This document shows positions 61,243 to 64,000 of a DNA stretch of 64,000 nucleotides, one piece after another (position 1 is the first letter of the stretch; each line of letters begins with the position of its first letter). Both the position numbers and the translations under genes were made by a program. This DNA comes from Phyllobates terribilis (Eukaryota), in NCBI RefSeq assembly GCF_046119375.1, contig NW_027362762.1, positions 801,660,001-801,724,000 on the forward strand. Direction: 5' to 3'. A model generated the notes under the pieces. The model made no database searches and had not been told where the DNA came from. It worked only from the letters and a program-made list of their open reading frames with translations.

Positions 61243-62759
61243 AGCATTCCTGGATTCCTGACTCCTCATTACTCTTCTGCCAGCTGTACAAATTTAACCC
61301 ATTTTTACTCCAATCCTTGATATTCTCATAGCTGTGGGTCTGTAGCAGCCGAAGCCTTTTTAGCGGTTGTGATCACACAACCTGACCAGGTGATCACCAT
61401 TGCCCACATTCCAATAACTTTAATGTGGATAATCCTATTGCACTTATTGTTCTTCCAGCTCTACATTCTATGGTGGTTATGCGGCACCAGGAGCAGTACC
61501 TGAAGGATCACTAGTGGGTGCTCGGCTTAATTGACAGCTTATGTTTTGCATCACCAGGGCTGACACCAGTACCGATTCTGGCTGGTTAACCCTCTAGACG
61601 CCACAGTCAGTAGCGACCACGGCATTTCACCTATTTGGCCCTACCGTGCTGTTGGTACAGTGACTTCTGAGTGTGTCAAGTTCGGTGGATTGTTAGGCCC
61701 TTCCATAAGTGTGGTCTAACAGAACTTATGTCAGGGTAAGGGCAGGGTCACATGATCGTTTACTCCACATCTGAGAAAAATGGTCCAAATACTCTCATTA
61801 GACTTTGAGCGGTATCCGTTATTCTTGGACGTGGAGAGGAAAAAAAATACTCCACCTTGTCCATTCTGTCAGTCCTTGAAATCGGACCCCAGTGTTCATC
61901 TTTTTAGAGGTGCACATAACTGGTTAATTGCGCTTTTGTGCTAAAAACATTGGACACCGCTGGATCAGAGATCAGATGGATTCCGAAATGTCTCCCTCTG
62001 CCTCATTATAGTGAATGATTTCATTGGGGATTTGTCTAACTGTTATTTTTTGGAGATAAATGTGAACTAAACCTAATGATTTTTAGGAGGCAGAATGAAC
62101 AATTAAACAGCAGTTCAGCAATTGCTTTTACTTTTATTTTGTACGCCGTTCACTGTGCGGTATAAGAAAGAAAACAGGTTTATTCTTCAGATCAGTGCGA
62201 TCACACAGATAACAGATTTTTGTAATTTTTTTTAAATGTTTTGCTTCTTTTCCACACTAGAAATGTTTTTTTTTTTTCAATTATTTTTTGAATTGCCATG
62301 TTTTGAGAGCTTTAACATTTTTATTTTTCCACTGACAGAGACATGTACAGGCTTTTTCTTTGCAGGATGAGTTGACGATTTTTCAGGTACTATTTTGGGG
62401 TATATAATTTTTTTTAGATCGCTTTCTTTTCCCAGTTTGTGAGGCGGAATGAGCAAGAGTAGCAATTCACGTATAGTTTTTATTTAACTTTTTTTTATGC
62501 CTTTCAGCGTGTGGTAACCTTGGTAATACAGCTTTATTCCTGGGTTCAGTACTATTACAGTGATACCAGATTTGTATAGTTTTTTTATGTTTTGCTTATT
62601 TTGCACACTAATACCATATTTTACAAAAAATCATTTGTATTCACATCGAAATAAATCTTCTCCTCGGCTGACTGAGCACAAAGGATTTTTTTTTCTCTAA
62701 TTTCAGTCCTCATTGCACAGTTTACTGAGGAGAAGATTTATTTCTTCTCCTGTCACATA

Positions 62760-64000
62760 CCGTATTTTTCGGACTATAAGACCCACCGGACCATAAGACG
62801 CAACTAGGTTTTAGAGGAGGAAAATAAAAAAAATAAAAATTTAAGCAAAAAATGTGGTCATGATGCACTTTTAAGGGGGAGGGGGTCTTCTGCTGACACT
62901 GGTATAGGGGTAATGTCCCCCAATGCTGACAATATCTCCCATCCTGGTATATATGCCGCCCCCCTTCCTTTTATATGTGGTCCCCATCCCCATCCTGGTA
63001 TGCCCATCATCCCTCCATCCTGGTATGCATGGCACCCCTCATCCTTATCCTGGTATGCATGGCACCCCTCATACCTATCCTGGTATGCATGGCTCCCTCA
63101 TCCTTATCCTGGTATGCATGGCACCCCCATACCTATCCTGGTATGAATGGCACCCCTAATCCCTGTCCTGGTATGCAGGTACCCCTAATCCCTATCCTGG
63201 TATGGATGGCACCCCTCATCCCTGTCCTGGTATGCATAGCACCCCTAATCCCTATCCTGGTATGCATGGCACCCCTCATCCCTATCCTGGTATGCATGGC
63301 ACCCCTCATCCCTATCCTGGTATGCATGGCACCCCTCATCCCTATCCTGGTATGCATGGCACCCCTCATCCCTGTCCTGGTATGCAGGCACCCCTAATCC
63401 CTATCCTGGTATGCATGGCACCCCTCATCCCTGTCCTGGTATGCATGGCACCCCTCATCCCTCTCCTGGTATGCATGGCACCCCTCATCCCTGTCCTGGT
63501 ATGCTTGGCACCCCTCATCCCTGTCCTGGTATGCATGGCACCCCTAATCCCTATCCTGGTATGCATGGCACCCCTAATCCCTGTCCTGGTATGCAGGCAC
63601 CCCTCATCCCTGTCCTGGTATGCAGGCACCCCTCATCCCTGTCCTGGTATGCAGGCACCCCTCATCCCTGTCCTGGTATGCAGGCACCCCTCATCCCTGT
63701 CCTGGTATGCAGGCACCCCTCATCCCTGTCCTGGTATGCAGGCACCCCTCATCCCTGTCCTGGTATGCATGGCACCCCTAATCCCTGTCCTGGTATTCAT
63801 AGCACCCCTAATCCCTGTCCTGGTATTCATAGCACCCCTAATCCCTGTCCTGGTATGCATGTCACCCCTAATCCCTGTCCTAGTATGCATGGTCCCCCTA
63901 ATCCCCATCAGGCTGCACATTAAAAAAAACAAACACTCATGCTCACCTCTCTTCTCTCTCCTCCAGCGCTGCGTCCGGTCTGCCTGCACTGATCTCTCCA
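62760..64000. mobile_element. Second Tc2/pogo-like element, inverted relative to 48382-52084, cut by the window end
   Basis: TA-CCGTATTTTTCGGACTATAAGACCCACCGGACCATAAGACGCA is close to the reverse complement of the 52030-52084 end. Confidence 0.75.
62990..63905. repeat. C-rich 29/30-bp minisatellite
   Basis: Unit CATCCCTGTCCTGGTATGCATGGCACCCCT. Confidence 0.95.

Noticed and set aside
60263-64000. SMS exon 4
   Set aside because: No segment with splice sites encoding an LNKVEERMKEL-like peptide was seen; it is likely beyond the window.

Overview
Eukaryotic, repeat-dense vertebrate DNA. The repeat repertoire (TTAA-type MITEs, hAT MITEs, V-SINE, Tc1 families) points to a frog, probably a large-genome hyloid; the taxon is inferred. 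The only host gene I can support is spermine synthase (SMS) on the + strand, with coding exon 2 at 7137-7257 and exon 3 at 60172-60262, separated by a 52,914-bp intron. That intron holds two decayed hAT transposons in tail-to-tail orientation, four Tc1-type families, many MITEs, a CR1 fragment interrupted by an LTR, long minisatellites and several hammerhead-ribozyme-like relics. The most unusual object is a very young 4,974-bp LTR element at 35563-40536 with a 5-bp TSD, about 1.6-kb LTRs and no pol. It has a Tf1/sushi-type self-priming site and one intact 634-codon ORF encoding only a Gag capsid N-terminal domain fused to 57-aa acidic repeats. No rRNA, genuine tRNA genes or CRISPR arrays were found. 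Protein family assignments come from recalled sequences and motifs, not database searches.
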